Shown: piece by piece, positions 19,051-29,232 of the stretch
How the letters are laid out: the number at the start of each line of letters is the position of its first letter
Numbering within the stretch: the stretch's first letter is position 1
Assembly: GCA_964357615.1 (NCBI GenBank)
Contig: CAYHMC010000004.1
Location: forward strand, 25,722 to 89,721
Reading direction: 5' to 3'
DNA: 64,000 bases
Source of the DNA: an uncultured Candidatus Saccharibacteria bacterium
GTDB taxonomy: Bacteria; Patescibacteriota; Minisyncoccia; UBA6257; JACOXY01
Made by a program: the position numbers and the translations under genes
Notes under the pieces: model-generated
Told to the model about the DNA's origin: nothing
Databases searched by the model: none
What the model saw: the letters and a program-made list of their open reading frames with translations, nothing else

Positions 19051-20532
19051 TCATCTATAAATAATCCCAAAATTATAATTATATTCTCTATTCTTGTCTC
19101 TGGCGGAGCAATAATTATCTGCTAATTTAAAAGTTTCGGAGTCAGCATCATCTATTCTTTCTGTACCATGATAAACATAATTTTTATCTTTAGAGTAACC
19201 ACATTTTAAAACCACGAATGTCGCCTTGTCGTAATTGGTTAATTTAGCATATCGGTAAAAATAATTGGCTTTGTCTTTTAGGTATCCACCAGGCAACACC
19301 ACGGAAGAACTCACATCAGCACCAGCAATGGGAATAGTTAAATAATAAACATAATTTTTATCTCTTGAATAAACATCAATGGGAGCTAAGCCAGCAGTAT
19401 AACTATCTCTTAATATCTCAAACGTATCGAAGTCAGCATCAATAATTCTATCGACCCCAAAGGGGTAAACATCGCCATAAACTTTAGGAGCAAAAATATA
19501 AATATTTTTATTGTCAGTTGTATAATGGACTTTTGATCCAGTATTACCGCTCGACAATAACTTAAAAGTTGATGGATCTGCGCCATCAACCCTACCACCG
19601 GCTGTTCCGCTTATCATCTGATAATATACAGCATCCTTATCCTTTGTATAATAAAGTTCACTAGCACCATGATAAAACAAAACTTCGAATGTAGCAGGGT
19701 CAAGTTCTAGTGTGTAAAAAGTAGAAATGTTATTAAAATAATAGATTCCATACTTATCTTTAGCAAAAGGACCAATAAATTCAAAAGAAATTGGGTCGAC
19801 TATTTCTTTAATTATATCAGCGCCTCTATAAACCCAATATTTATCCTTGGCAATATTTGTTCTTAACACCTCAAATGTACCAATATCTGCATCCTTATTT
19901 AACTTAAAACCACTGTGATATATATAATTTTCATCTCTTGAGTAATTAGATTTAATCAGCCCCAAAAATGCTAAATTGGCTTTACTCTCGTATAATTGAT
20001 CAATAAAAAAAGCATTTCCAAAAACAGGAAATAAATCAATCCTATCACTGGGTGACAATTTACTTGCACTGCCGCTAGTAATGCCAATTTTCTTTAACTC
20101 ATCGACAGGCATAACATTAAATTTATTTACTATGGTATCAACAATTTTCTTTTTTTTGATTAAATCAAAATTTGTAAAAATTGAATCTCCTCCTAATGTA
20201 TCTTGAATTAAACTTCTAAAATCATTGTGATTGCTTGCAAAAACAATTATGGGCCTCTTGATATATATACTTGTGCGGCTTTCTTTTGAATACTTTTCGT
20301 CTTTTTTTGGCTCATTGATAACAACATTGCTCTCAGTACTACTCACTACTAATGGATGTCCGATTATTGGTGTATTTTGAATCAATGATGGCTGGGGAGT
20401 AATAGCTGAACCTATTTTTTTAATTTGAAACACTGTTTTATTTATTTCAAAATACACGGCACCTCCTCCGAAAAGTAATAATACCGCCAAGAGTATTCCG
20501 AAAATAGAAGCTATGTCTTTATTTTTAGGCAT
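19051..20532 (-). CDS. DKNYY repeat protein, membrane anchored
   Basis: Repeated KDK..VY and AD..TF.VL motifs; N-terminal TM. Confidence 0.85.
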   Translation of the reverse strand: MPKNKDIASIFGILLAVLLLFGGGAVYFEINKTVFQIKKIGSAITPQPSLIQNTPIIGHPLVVSSTESNVVINEPKKDEKYSKESRTSIYIKRPIIVFASNHNDFRSLIQDTLGGDSIFTNFDLIKKKKIVDTIVNKFNVMPVDELKKIGITSGSASKLSPSDRIDLFPVFGNAFFIDQLYESKANLAFLGLIKSNYSRDENYIYHSGFKLNKDADIGTFEVLRTNIAKDKYWVYRGADIIKEIVDPISFEFIGPFAKDKYGIYYFNNISTFYTLELDPATFEVLFYHGASELYYTKDKDAVYYQMISGTAGGRVDGADPSTFKLLSSGNTGSKVHYTTDNKNIYIFAPKVYGDVYPFGVDRIIDADFDTFEILRDSYTAGLAPIDVYSRDKNYVYYLTIPIAGADVSSSVVLPGGYLKDKANYFYRYAKLTNYDKATFVVLKCGYSKDKNYVYHGTERIDDADSETFKLADNYCSARDKNREYNYNFGIIYR

Positions 20533-20623
20533 ATTTTTATTATATATCATCTTAATTTTAAAATATAATAACCCAATAAAAAACCCGACCAATTTATGAT
20601 CGGGTCAATATAAATTAAATGTT

Positions 20624-20998
20624 TTAACTTATTTGATTTATTTGTTCTTCAAAATATACTAAAACTTTCTGAGGTACCTCTCTGACTGGATTAAAATTTT
20701 CAACAAAAAGAGTTGAGCCTCTTATAGTTAAAACAAGTTCATCTAACTCATATTCTCCTAACCCCTTACTTTCATATCCACGATGTGTTTGTAAATCAAA
20801 CCATCGCAAATCAGTATATTTAATTCCTTCATTAGCCGAAATTGCCTCAATAACTTTCTCTGCGGCGTTGATTGTGCTTTTAGGAGCTCTTGTAGATCCA
20901 GAGAAATAGCATGCACCATCAATGATTACATAAACTACCTTATTATGTTTAATTTCTTTTGAGTTACCCGAACAAATATATTTTGTCTCTTTTAGCAA
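20624..20998 (-). CDS. Hypothetical protein (orphan cassette)
   Basis: TTG start with GGAGG SD, TTGACA promoter, downstream hairpin. Confidence 0.65.
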   Translation of the reverse strand: MLKETKYICSGNSKEIKHNKVVYVIIDGACYFSGSTRAPKSTINAAEKVIEAISANEGIKYTDLRWFDLQTHRGYESKGLGEYELDELVLTIRGSTLFVENFNPVREVPQKVLVYFEEQINQIS

Positions 20999-21078
20999 CT
21001 TGCAACCTCCAAGTAAAAAAGCTGAGGTTATTTTAATTTATTTTATATATATTTGTCAATATTTTTTGCTATATTTTT

Positions 21079-21480
21079 TTATTTTGATGCATAGTATCGC
21101 TTAACATAATAACTTTTGTCATGTTTTGGTGAGTGATTTTTTTCATTCCAGATATCTGCTGGGTTTTTGGACATATAAACTAACTCTATTCCACCTAAAT
21201 TAAGCGGTGAAACACGAAATTTACTTTTCTTGCTACTTCCCTTGTTCGCCCAAGCAATTGCAGTTTTACAATCTGATGTAATTCTAAGTGGTCTTTCTTT
21301 AATATTTTCTATAGCCCACTTAATTGCTTCATATTCGGCAAGTCCACTATATAAATCTCCAATATTTTCTGCAAAATGTATTATTTTGCCTTCGTCATCA
21401 CAAACTGTAAAATAAGCATCGTGAAATTTAAATTTTGGTGGTTCAACAAATGCACCACCATCAACATGAACTGTTTTCAT
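21079..21480 (-). CDS. RNase H-like (RNase HI fold) protein
   Basis: Catalytic D-E-D-D pattern: VHVDGG, AEYEAI, ITSDC, NPAD. Confidence 0.75.
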   Translation of the reverse strand: MKTVHVDGGAFVEPPKFKFHDAYFTVCDDEGKIIHFAENIGDLYSGLAEYEAIKWAIENIKERPLRITSDCKTAIAWANKGSSKKSKFRVSPLNLGGIELVYMSKNPADIWNEKNHSPKHDKSYYVKRYYASK

Positions 21481-21496
21481 AAGTATTTATTATGAT

Positions 21497-22414
21497 CTAT
21501 AAATTTTCCAAACCTCCCACTTTTTTTTGCTTAGTATGCAATAAATAAAGCGAAGCCGTTGTCATTTGCTCAAGATATATTCCAAGCGTCCAAATAATTC
21601 CTTCGTAGATTATTACTGCAAGCCAAACATATTCCGGCAAATCAATTTTTGCTTCAGACAATACAAATACAGGAAGTAAAGGCAAGCTCATAATTACTGC
21701 AAAAACACCCGTAAGTGCATACGAGGTTAAAAATTGTGCTGGTCGCTGTTTTATAATTTCAATTGCTTTACCAAATGCAGAGAACGAACCTTTATTTTCC
21801 CATGCGATTGCTGGAAGTGCAAGAAAAATTGTCATTCTAAGTAATTTTTCAAGCATATCGAGTCCTAAACGAATCCAACTAAATGGATTTCCGGTTACTC
21901 CACCAAGCGTTAAGGCCGCATCTTTTAAAGATGGTTCTGCTCTAGACCCTCTTCTTTTTTTGCTTGTTAGAGCTCTTAAAAATATAATTATAAACCAAGC
22001 TATAGAATAAAAAATTGCGATTGGAATAGCTCTAACTGCATTAAATGAAACTGTTTCATTAAAAGCCTGTGCAAGTGAGACAGGACGCCCCTCTTCTCGT
22101 TGATTCATTAATTCTAAAAGCATTAGATTTGCCAAGCAGATTGTATAAGCAAGCAAAAAAACAAAGCCATAAAACTCCAAAAACATTAGGCCTTCGTTTT
22201 CTGGACCAACCCAATAATATCTTAAATAAAGTATAACGCTTGCAACAATTATCCAGCAAAAAAATATTGGTACAAGAAAAACAGGATATTCAAATAAGTA
22301 GGTAAAAGCTTTTTTAAAAGATGCCCATCCTTCCTTGAATCCTGATTTTTTTGGCTCAACTAAAATAGGATTATTTTGTATTGGTACTATTGGTATTTGA
22401 GGTTGTGTATCCAT
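21497..22414 (-). CDS. Multi-pass membrane protein (DUF6159-like)
   Basis: Hydrophobic segments; architecture similar to the neighbouring gene. Confidence 0.65.
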   Translation of the reverse strand: MDTQPQIPIVPIQNNPILVEPKKSGFKEGWASFKKAFTYLFEYPVFLVPIFFCWIIVASVILYLRYYWVGPENEGLMFLEFYGFVFLLAYTICLANLMLLELMNQREEGRPVSLAQAFNETVSFNAVRAIPIAIFYSIAWFIIIFLRALTSKKRRGSRAEPSLKDAALTLGGVTGNPFSWIRLGLDMLEKLLRMTIFLALPAIAWENKGSFSAFGKAIEIIKQRPAQFLTSYALTGVFAVIMSLPLLPVFVLSEAKIDLPEYVWLAVIIYEGIIWTLGIYLEQMTTASLYLLHTKQKKVGGLENL

Positions 22415-22453
22415 AATTTATTATTATAGTATTTCTGCAACCCTATATTTAAA

Positions 22454-23380
22454 CTATTTTCCAGATTTAATCGCACCTCGTATTAAATCTGGCGTAAATC
22501 CCTGTGGAACAGTACCAGTAAGAGCAAATTGATACAATGATAATTTAAAGATTGAGCTTAGCGTTGTCGAAATAATTGCTATCGCTATAAGAAAAATCAC
22601 AAAAAGTATTACAACTGAAATAATTACTTCTGGCAAAGGAGCTAGGAAGACTATTCCAATTGAAAATGCTAATACGATAAATGTAATAATTCCAAAAAAT
22701 AGGCCAACGCTAAAATTCACAATAATAGTTTCTCCCCAAGTTTTTCTAATAATCGTAGCTGATTCCTTAAAAGCATCAGTAACTTTTCTCTGTCCAATTA
22801 TAAGAGAAGGTAGACTAAAATATGTGAGTATCGCCCATGCTGCGCCCAAAAAGAAACTAATTAACCTGCCGAAAAATTTCAATCTATTTGAAATTAAATT
22901 TAATATAACCCCAACAGTTGCCGAAATTAATGACCATAAAAATATCTTACCAATATTTTTATTTGCGCCATTTATGCCGTCCGTAAATGACAAATCTTGT
23001 CCATTAAATCTGCCGTAAGCAATAATGTAAATTCCTGAGAGAAAATAGTTGGCAATAAAAAACATTACCAAATAGTAAATAAAAAGCATAATGTAACCTA
23101 TGATTTGGGCATCGCTCTCTTTTAAATTATCAATTGCATGAATATCACCGCCTAATACGACAAAAAAGAACAACACGCCCATAACAGCTAGTGCGATGAT
23201 GCTTGAAACTGCCGATAGGATTGGAAACCAAGCAAGCTCCTTATCTTGTTTTAGAATCTTCCACGATTCACCAACTATCATACGGCTAGCCTTAAATTTA
23301 CCAATTTTTATAGGAGGATTCGATGCAATCTGCGAATTTAAAATTGGGGTTCTTGCTTCTAAATTTTCTTCCGTATTCAT
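22454..23380 (-). CDS. DUF6159 family membrane protein
   Basis: SWKILKQDKEL.WFP, WSLISATVG, S..IIRKTWGE. Confidence 0.8.
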   Translation of the reverse strand: MNTEENLEARTPILNSQIASNPPIKIGKFKASRMIVGESWKILKQDKELAWFPILSAVSSIIALAVMGVLFFFVVLGGDIHAIDNLKESDAQIIGYIMLFIYYLVMFFIANYFLSGIYIIAYGRFNGQDLSFTDGINGANKNIGKIFLWSLISATVGVILNLISNRLKFFGRLISFFLGAAWAILTYFSLPSLIIGQRKVTDAFKESATIIRKTWGETIIVNFSVGLFFGIITFIVLAFSIGIVFLAPLPEVIISVVILFVIFLIAIAIISTTLSSIFKLSLYQFALTGTVPQGFTPDLIRGAIKSGK

Positions 23381-23431
23381 ATAAAAAATATTTTTAATTT
23401 ATGATTACTTTTATTATAACATTTTCAAAAT

Positions 23432-23583
23432 AAAAAATCCGCAAACCCAGTTTTGTCTATTTCTTTAAATAGACAAAGTTTGGTTTACGGAATCAATTTT
23501 ACAGCAGATAACACACAGGACACGGAACATCAGTCAAACGGAGGGTTACCCCAACGGATTGTCGTCCTGTGCGCGATTAGCAA
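23432..23583 (-). ncRNA. Candidate structured small RNA with its own long terminator hairpin
   Basis: TATAAT on - strand at 23590-23595; 11-bp stem GCGCACAGGAC/GTCCTGTGTGT enclosing GGG-GTAA-CCC; long hairpin 23438-23491 plus U tract; no ORF. Confidence 0.45.
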
Positions 23584-23633
23584 TTTGAAATTATACGGAA
23601 TAGCTACTTAGCTATATAGAAATTTAAAAAATT

Positions 23634-24611
23634 TTAGCATTCAGCCGGTTTGACATAACGACCATATCCACGACACCGAAGTCTATTTTTTCCAACCAAG
23701 GCGCCATGAGCGGAACAATCGTGATAAACTATCATATCTCTATAGGTGTGCACTGACCCAGTAATTTCCAAATTTTCACGAGCACCTACATTTGATGCAA
23801 AATATCCAATCGCGTGAATTTTAATAAGTGATGGTCCATCAGCAAGAGGGCCAAGGCCCCTGAAGCCTCTGAAAGTAAAATGAGTCAGATATGAGTTAAA
23901 AACTGCCCAAGCCGACCAATCACTAGGATATTTATATGGCCGAATGGAGCCCAAGCCACCATTATTTAAACTTCGATAAAATCTCGCGCGAGGATAAATC
24001 TTAGCAATTGAGTAATATTGGGGACGATTGAAAATATCCTGACCAACATATCTAGAGACGGCCATCCACCCGCGCAATTTTACTTGAATGCGTGGGCAAG
24101 TAACTGAATATGATCTAGGATTTATTTCATCCTTTGACTGTGGCTCTGGCACTCTAATTAGAGCCGGATCAATATTTTGCGATGTTCCGCGTTTCTGCTT
24201 AGGATCTAGTGGAGCTCCAAATAATTCTCCTGGCTCTGGCGCTACCCATGGCGCAGAATCCATCGGAACCAAATTTTGTGGCTTATCAATCGCTCTAGAA
24301 TTACGAAGAAGCGATCTCTGTGGCTTATTCTTTTTAAGAACTTTCACAACGCAATTATCGCCGTCGAGTTCCAATTCTAGACCATTATAGGACGTGACAT
24401 CAAAAATGCATTTCCCGGAAGCATCACGAGATGCCGCGCCAGGAATTATTTCTCCTATATTTGGTTCTACATAAACACCATTTGGAGAAATTACACGCAT
24501 TTCATTTGGCGATACAGCTACGCCATCAGCAGACCTAATTGCATCTTCTGCCATTGCTATATTTGAAATCAAGCCAAAAATTATAGATAGTAATAATGCT
24601 TTCATCCTCAC
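23634..24611 (-). CDS. Secreted hypothetical protein
   Basis: Signal peptide MKALLLSIIFGLISNIAMA; basic C-terminal half; GAGG SD. Confidence 0.7.
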   Translation of the reverse strand: MRMKALLLSIIFGLISNIAMAEDAIRSADGVAVSPNEMRVISPNGVYVEPNIGEIIPGAASRDASGKCIFDVTSYNGLELELDGDNCVVKVLKKNKPQRSLLRNSRAIDKPQNLVPMDSAPWVAPEPGELFGAPLDPKQKRGTSQNIDPALIRVPEPQSKDEINPRSYSVTCPRIQVKLRGWMAVSRYVGQDIFNRPQYYSIAKIYPRARFYRSLNNGGLGSIRPYKYPSDWSAWAVFNSYLTHFTFRGFRGLGPLADGPSLIKIHAIGYFASNVGARENLEITGSVHTYRDMIVYHDCSAHGALVGKNRLRCRGYGRYVKPAEC

Positions 24612-24895
24612 TTTACACCTCGTAGGTTACACAACTGTGCGGATTCGCCACACGCGAAAGATTATAGCGTGTCCATCCTAGACACATTACAGAAGCATCA
24701 TCCTTAATGCTATGGAGAAATTAACAATAATATACAGTTTTGTCAACTAAACAAGGTTAAAGATATATTTATTATAATATTTTGGGAAATAAATATTTGC
24801 CCTAGTATGTTTATACTATTAATTGCCAATGGCAATTTGAAATATACTTTGTTTTATGTTTAAGTTTCAAAAGAAATCAAAGGTTTGGTGACAAT

Positions 24896-25333
24896 GTGAA
24901 CAGGATTCTTGCAAGAATTAAAACAAATACTGACAACAGAGATAGCGGCCCAATAACAACCGCCTTTCTACTTCTTTGGTACGCAAGCGTTCAAATCCCA
25001 ATACTTACCTATTTTTCTGTACTTTTCTATAATGTTTCCTTCAATCATCAGCCGGGAGATCCTTCATTAATTAAATTGTTTTCTTTCACGGTTTTATTAT
25101 TTAGTCCATATATTACGGTATTATTTGGTGCTAGCCCTCTTGGTGCAATACTTTGGATACCGCTTGGCCTTATGACCAGCGCATTCGGAATAAATTATGT
25201 ATTAAATACATTTCCGCTTACATCATCTGTAAGAATATTTGTGTCTGGTTTAGCGCCTGTAATATTTCTTTATCTCTACATCTCAAATTTTTTTCAACTT
25301 CTTATTCTCGGCGAAAGGGCAAATCCCGACTAA
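24896..25333 (+). CDS. Hypothetical membrane protein
   Basis: 145-aa hydrophobic ORF with terminator after. Confidence 0.55.
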   Translation: MNRILARIKTNTDNRDSGPITTAFLLLWYASVQIPILTYFSVLFYNVSFNHQPGDPSLIKLFSFTVLLFSPYITVLFGASPLGAILWIPLGLMTSAFGINYVLNTFPLTSSVRIFVSGLAPVIFLYLYISNFFQLLILGERANPD

Positions 25334-25387
25334 TTTAAAACCACTTTATTTCAAGTGGTTTTTATTTAAGTATTTAAGAAATAAGTT

Positions 25388-26143
25388 TTACTCTTTTACT
25401 TCTTTTGTAGCTTTGCGATATGCACAATAATCACATTCAGCTCCAGACATAGGAAGATTCGACGAGACTAAACACTTGTGTGCGTTTACTATAGTTTGCT
25501 CTACCCAGCTGTCTTCGCCATCATATGGCAAAAGTTTAATATTAAATTCTAGTCTTGCATCAAATGCTTCTTTATCTGCATCACCATTGCAATAAACAAA
25601 AAATCCAGTTTTATTAACCTTAAAACCATTTTGACGAAATAACCATTGATAAATTTCCATTTGTCTCTTGTATCCTATCTGCCAATCAGCATCGAGCGAC
25701 ACTTCACCATCTTTTGCCGTCGCTTTGTAATCAACTATTATTAGTTCCCCAGCAGGATTTATCCAAATATCATCGATACCACCTGTTATTAAAAGATTTG
25801 TAGCGGGATGCAAAAACCTTATACCGCCACCCAAAGCATCTCGCCATTCGTTCATTTTTTCATGATTATATGGCACAGCATCTAAGCCGTAGGCTTTCAT
25901 AAGTGGATGCGCACTACCTTGTGCGCGATGCATATCAAATTCTTTTTTTAAAAGCCTATCCACCGCCGAATTTAAGCTAAAAGGAAAACCAGGTGGCTGA
26001 CCGATGCCAAGTCGTCTGTCCATATAAAAACATCGTGGACAATTTAAAAATAAATCTACTTTTGAGCGACTTAGAGAAAACGGAAGTTTTGATTCCGGAC
26101 TATAAAGATTTCTTGTTCGTTTTGGATTGTAATATTTTGACAT
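25388..26143 (-). CDS. PD-(D/E)XK nuclease, Cas4/AddB-like
   Basis: LSRSK..F.NCPRCF, GGIDD, IVDYK, QMEIY, CDYC. Confidence 0.88.
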   Translation of the reverse strand: MSKYYNPKRTRNLYSPESKLPFSLSRSKVDLFLNCPRCFYMDRRLGIGQPPGFPFSLNSAVDRLLKKEFDMHRAQGSAHPLMKAYGLDAVPYNHEKMNEWRDALGGGIRFLHPATNLLITGGIDDIWINPAGELIIVDYKATAKDGEVSLDADWQIGYKRQMEIYQWLFRQNGFKVNKTGFFVYCNGDADKEAFDARLEFNIKLLPYDGEDSWVEQTIVNAHKCLVSSNLPMSGAECDYCAYRKATKEVKE

Positions 26144-26253
26144 GATTTATTTTAGCACAAAATTCATCTCAATCAATATTGAATAATAATCTTATAAAAA
26201 TCATGTGGCATTACGCATTTTTCTTGCTATAATAAAGCGAAACAAATCATAAT

Positions 26254-27024
26254 ATGTCTGAAGCAAAACTCATAACCTTAAATGTAGAAATGAATTATCA
26301 CTTAGATACTGTTATTCCGTTTTTGGAGCGCGAATCTCCCGATATGCTCTGCGTCCAAGAAGTTTTTGAAAAAGATTTAGAGATACTAAAAAATAGATTT
26401 GGTTACAATGCGCTTTTTTTACCAATGTGTAAAAGATGGTACGGCAAAGATAATACTCCACCTATCGAAACCGAAGGAATCGCGATTCTTACAAAGCTAC
26501 CAATCATCAAAAGCGATAACATTTATTATCATCTTGCTTCTCCTCAAATTGAGTTATACGAAGAGAAAAGAATAGATATTAAGCGCAAAACTATTCGCTA
26601 TGGATTACTGTGGGGTACATTTCAATATAATGAAACTGAATTTACAATTGGTACTACTCACTTTACTTGGACGCCAGATGGCATGCCAAATGAATATCAA
26701 GAGACTGATATTAAGGCCCTAATGGAAATTTTAGAAAAAATACCAGATTTAATTTTGTGCGGAGATTTTAATATACCTAGAAATATAAATCATCTATATG
26801 GCGTACTTGCAAAAAAATTCAAAGATAATATGCCTCATAAAATAACCACGACTCTTGATATGAGCATGCATAAAATACGCACAAATCCAACAGAAAGCAA
26901 AAGAGTTGGTACTTATGTTGTTGACTATATTTTTTCTACTCCAAAATATAATGTATCAAATGTACGATGCGAATATGGCGTAAGCGACCATGCGGCAGTC
27001 ATAGCTGATATTTCTAAAACATAA
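26254..27024 (+). CDS. Endonuclease/exonuclease/phosphatase family protein
   Basis: TLN, LCVQE, TTH, GDFN, VDYIF, SDH. Confidence 0.9.
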   Translation: MSEAKLITLNVEMNYHLDTVIPFLERESPDMLCVQEVFEKDLEILKNRFGYNALFLPMCKRWYGKDNTPPIETEGIAILTKLPIIKSDNIYYHLASPQIELYEEKRIDIKRKTIRYGLLWGTFQYNETEFTIGTTHFTWTPDGMPNEYQETDIKALMEILEKIPDLILCGDFNIPRNINHLYGVLAKKFKDNMPHKITTTLDMSMHKIRTNPTESKRVGTYVVDYIFSTPKYNVSNVRCEYGVSDHAAVIADISKT

Positions 27025-27172
27025 CTGTCCTAAATAGTTTTTATGCTTGACAAAACCATTGACTTTTAGTCAAATATAGTGTATACTTTGCTCGGTTCCT
27101 GTGGCCATCTCATAGGCCTTCCATAAACCTGATCTGTTGAAAGACAGGTCACAATACGAGAGGGGTCGAGAG

Positions 27173-28294
27173 ATGAGTAAATCTAGACTTTGGGCATTTT
27201 TCATCGCGTTTTCATTGATATTGGGGTCATATAACCCCGCTTGGGCAACAGAGCCTGTGGTACTCGACCTGCCCCCTTGTGATGAGGTGTGGTTGAACGG
27301 TTCTGGCGATCATAACAACAACTGTAGTGAATACGGCGGTCTCGGCGGATGCAACGGCATCGTTGGAGACGTCGCTTTGCTTGGTGATAAATACCAATCA
27401 ATTCCAAGCGGTCAAATCTTCTGCGGCGATCATCGCATTCAGGGGTGTGACAAGGTCACCAAGGTGAACTGCCACACATTACACCAGTTTCTTTGCACCA
27501 CTGTCCCCATATTCCTAATTATCGACGGAGTAAACACCAAGGTTGCTCCTGGTGTTGGAATTCCTACTGAGTGGCGTGTTGCTGACTCGTGCTCGGAAGC
27601 GCAACCCGAACCTGTTGAATTTTGCGAAGTACGTGGCTGCGACTGGAACGTCATGGACTCTAATCCTTACGATGAAAATGGTTGCCCCCCCGCAATCGCA
27701 CACCACTACCCGCTCTGCGACTGCCGACCACACTTCTGTGGTGATGGCACGCAGGATCAAGGCGAAGAGTGCGACGACGGCAACAACACCGACGGCGACG
27801 GCTGTAGCTCCACCTGCACAGAAGAGTGCGGGAACGGAACTAAGGACGCTGGCGAAGAATGCGACGACGGAAACCTGACCAACGACGACGGCTGTAACTC
27901 AAGCTGTGAGCTCGAGTGTGGCCCGATCTTGAACGACCCAGGTATCGTCAAGCGCAAAAACAACAGTCTCGATTTGTTCAAGGTTCACGGACGATTGCCT
28001 ATCGTGGTAAACGCCACCTTATTTCGAATTCGTCTCATGAACAACACTGACACTGCCTTCGACCAGACCTACAACAACGTGTTGCAGGGTCATTGGTGGA
28101 AGGATTACGCGCCTCCCCTGTACAGGTTCAAAATGGAATCCGGGCCGAAAGCGCGCTTTTCATTATCCAGCATGCAAAGTGAAATCAATAATTTCTCACC
28201 AGATATGTGTGTGAGAATCGATGTTGATGGCCAGTGCTTCAAGCACTGCCCATACTGGTTCCCAATCTTTAATGGCTGGAGATATAGCGAGTAA
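27173..28294 (+). CDS. Secreted cysteine-rich protein with DUF4215 (myxobacterial Cys-rich) repeats
   Basis: Signal peptide; two CG(D/N)G....GEECDDGN....DGC...C repeats; visibly higher GC; promoter TTGACT-17-TATACT at 27059-27087. Confidence 0.85.
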   Translation: MSKSRLWAFFIAFSLILGSYNPAWATEPVVLDLPPCDEVWLNGSGDHNNNCSEYGGLGGCNGIVGDVALLGDKYQSIPSGQIFCGDHRIQGCDKVTKVNCHTLHQFLCTTVPIFLIIDGVNTKVAPGVGIPTEWRVADSCSEAQPEPVEFCEVRGCDWNVMDSNPYDENGCPPAIAHHYPLCDCRPHFCGDGTQDQGEECDDGNNTDGDGCSSTCTEECGNGTKDAGEECDDGNLTNDDGCNSSCELECGPILNDPGIVKRKNNSLDLFKVHGRLPIVVNATLFRIRLMNNTDTAFDQTYNNVLQGHWWKDYAPPLYRFKMESGPKARFSLSSMQSEINNFSPDMCVRIDVDGQCFKHCPYWFPIFNGWRYSE

Positions 28295-28370
28295 TTATAG
28301 CTAGATATAAAAGAGATGCAGAAAATGCATCTCTTATTTTTTTATTTATAAAAATAAAATTTTTTATATT

Positions 28371-28673
28371 TTATGCAATTAGAAAATGCCAGATAAAATA
28401 ACCAATTATTACAATTCCTCCAATAATAGCATTTACAATTACAGCCCAAATCCCCCTTTCTGGCTTATCAGAATCTCTCATTCTAGATAATGCAAAATAA
28501 ACTACAATAAATAGCCCAATCGTAAGTATACTTTTTCCTGTCCAATGATGTCCTCCAACTTTAACAAAAAAATCTTTAAGAGGCGCATAAATTTCTGCTC
28601 CGATTGTAACAACAACCACATACCAAATAGACGCTATTGTTGATTTTATTAAAGCTCCAGTATTTATTTTCAT
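28371..28673 (-). CDS. Small membrane protein
   Basis: 3 TM with GHHW motif; ATGA overlap with the upstream gene. Confidence 0.75.
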   Translation of the reverse strand: MKINTGALIKSTIASIWYVVVVTIGAEIYAPLKDFFVKVGGHHWTGKSILTIGLFIVVYFALSRMRDSDKPERGIWAVIVNAIIGGIVIIGYFIWHFLIA

Positions 28674-29143
28674 ATAGCTTTTAGTTCAAGCGCGCTCCTA
28701 GCGCCACTTGAGATTAAATATCCCATTCCAGCCATCGCAAATGCAAAAAGAGCAATAAAACCGGCGAGTATTATTATTGCTTTTGCTAGCTGTTTTTTAT
28801 TTTCAATAAGTTCATTTCCATATTGCTTAAGCGCACTCCAAACCACAATTGCCATAAAAGGCAAAAACATAAAAACATGTTCTTTTGTTTCCGTGAATAC
28901 AAGATGCGCCCATGGATTAGGGCCTCCTTTAATTACCGCCTTAACTACATCTTGATAGTTATGTAGGTAATAATAACCTCCTGATAACCACGATATAAAA
29001 AACATAACCACCCCGATAAGAGCAACTTTTGTGGCACGTCGTATGCGATTCTCTGTCGGACTTAACATCTCTACTGCCACCCAAACAAAAGCAATGGCAC
29101 CAAGTTCTCCGAACGCTGCGTGTATACCGATTAAGTAATTCAT
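28670..29143 (-). CDS. Membrane protein
   Basis: 4 TM; PWAH..FTETKEH motif. Confidence 0.75.
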   Translation of the reverse strand: MNYLIGIHAAFGELGAIAFVWVAVEMLSPTENRIRRATKVALIGVVMFFISWLSGGYYYLHNYQDVVKAVIKGGPNPWAHLVFTETKEHVFMFLPFMAIVVWSALKQYGNELIENKKQLAKAIIILAGFIALFAFAMAGMGYLISSGARSALELKAI

Positions 29144-29232
29144 ATTTATACTTAAATTATATGTCTTAATCTAAAATCAATCAAAGTCCTAAATTATTCA
29201 ATTATAATTAATTCAAAATTTTAATGTGTAAA

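Noticed and set aside
25388-26143. Cas4-like nuclease as a sign of CRISPR-Cas
   Set aside because: No cas1/cas2 and no repeat-spacer array seen in the window; solo PD-(D/E)XK nucleases are common.
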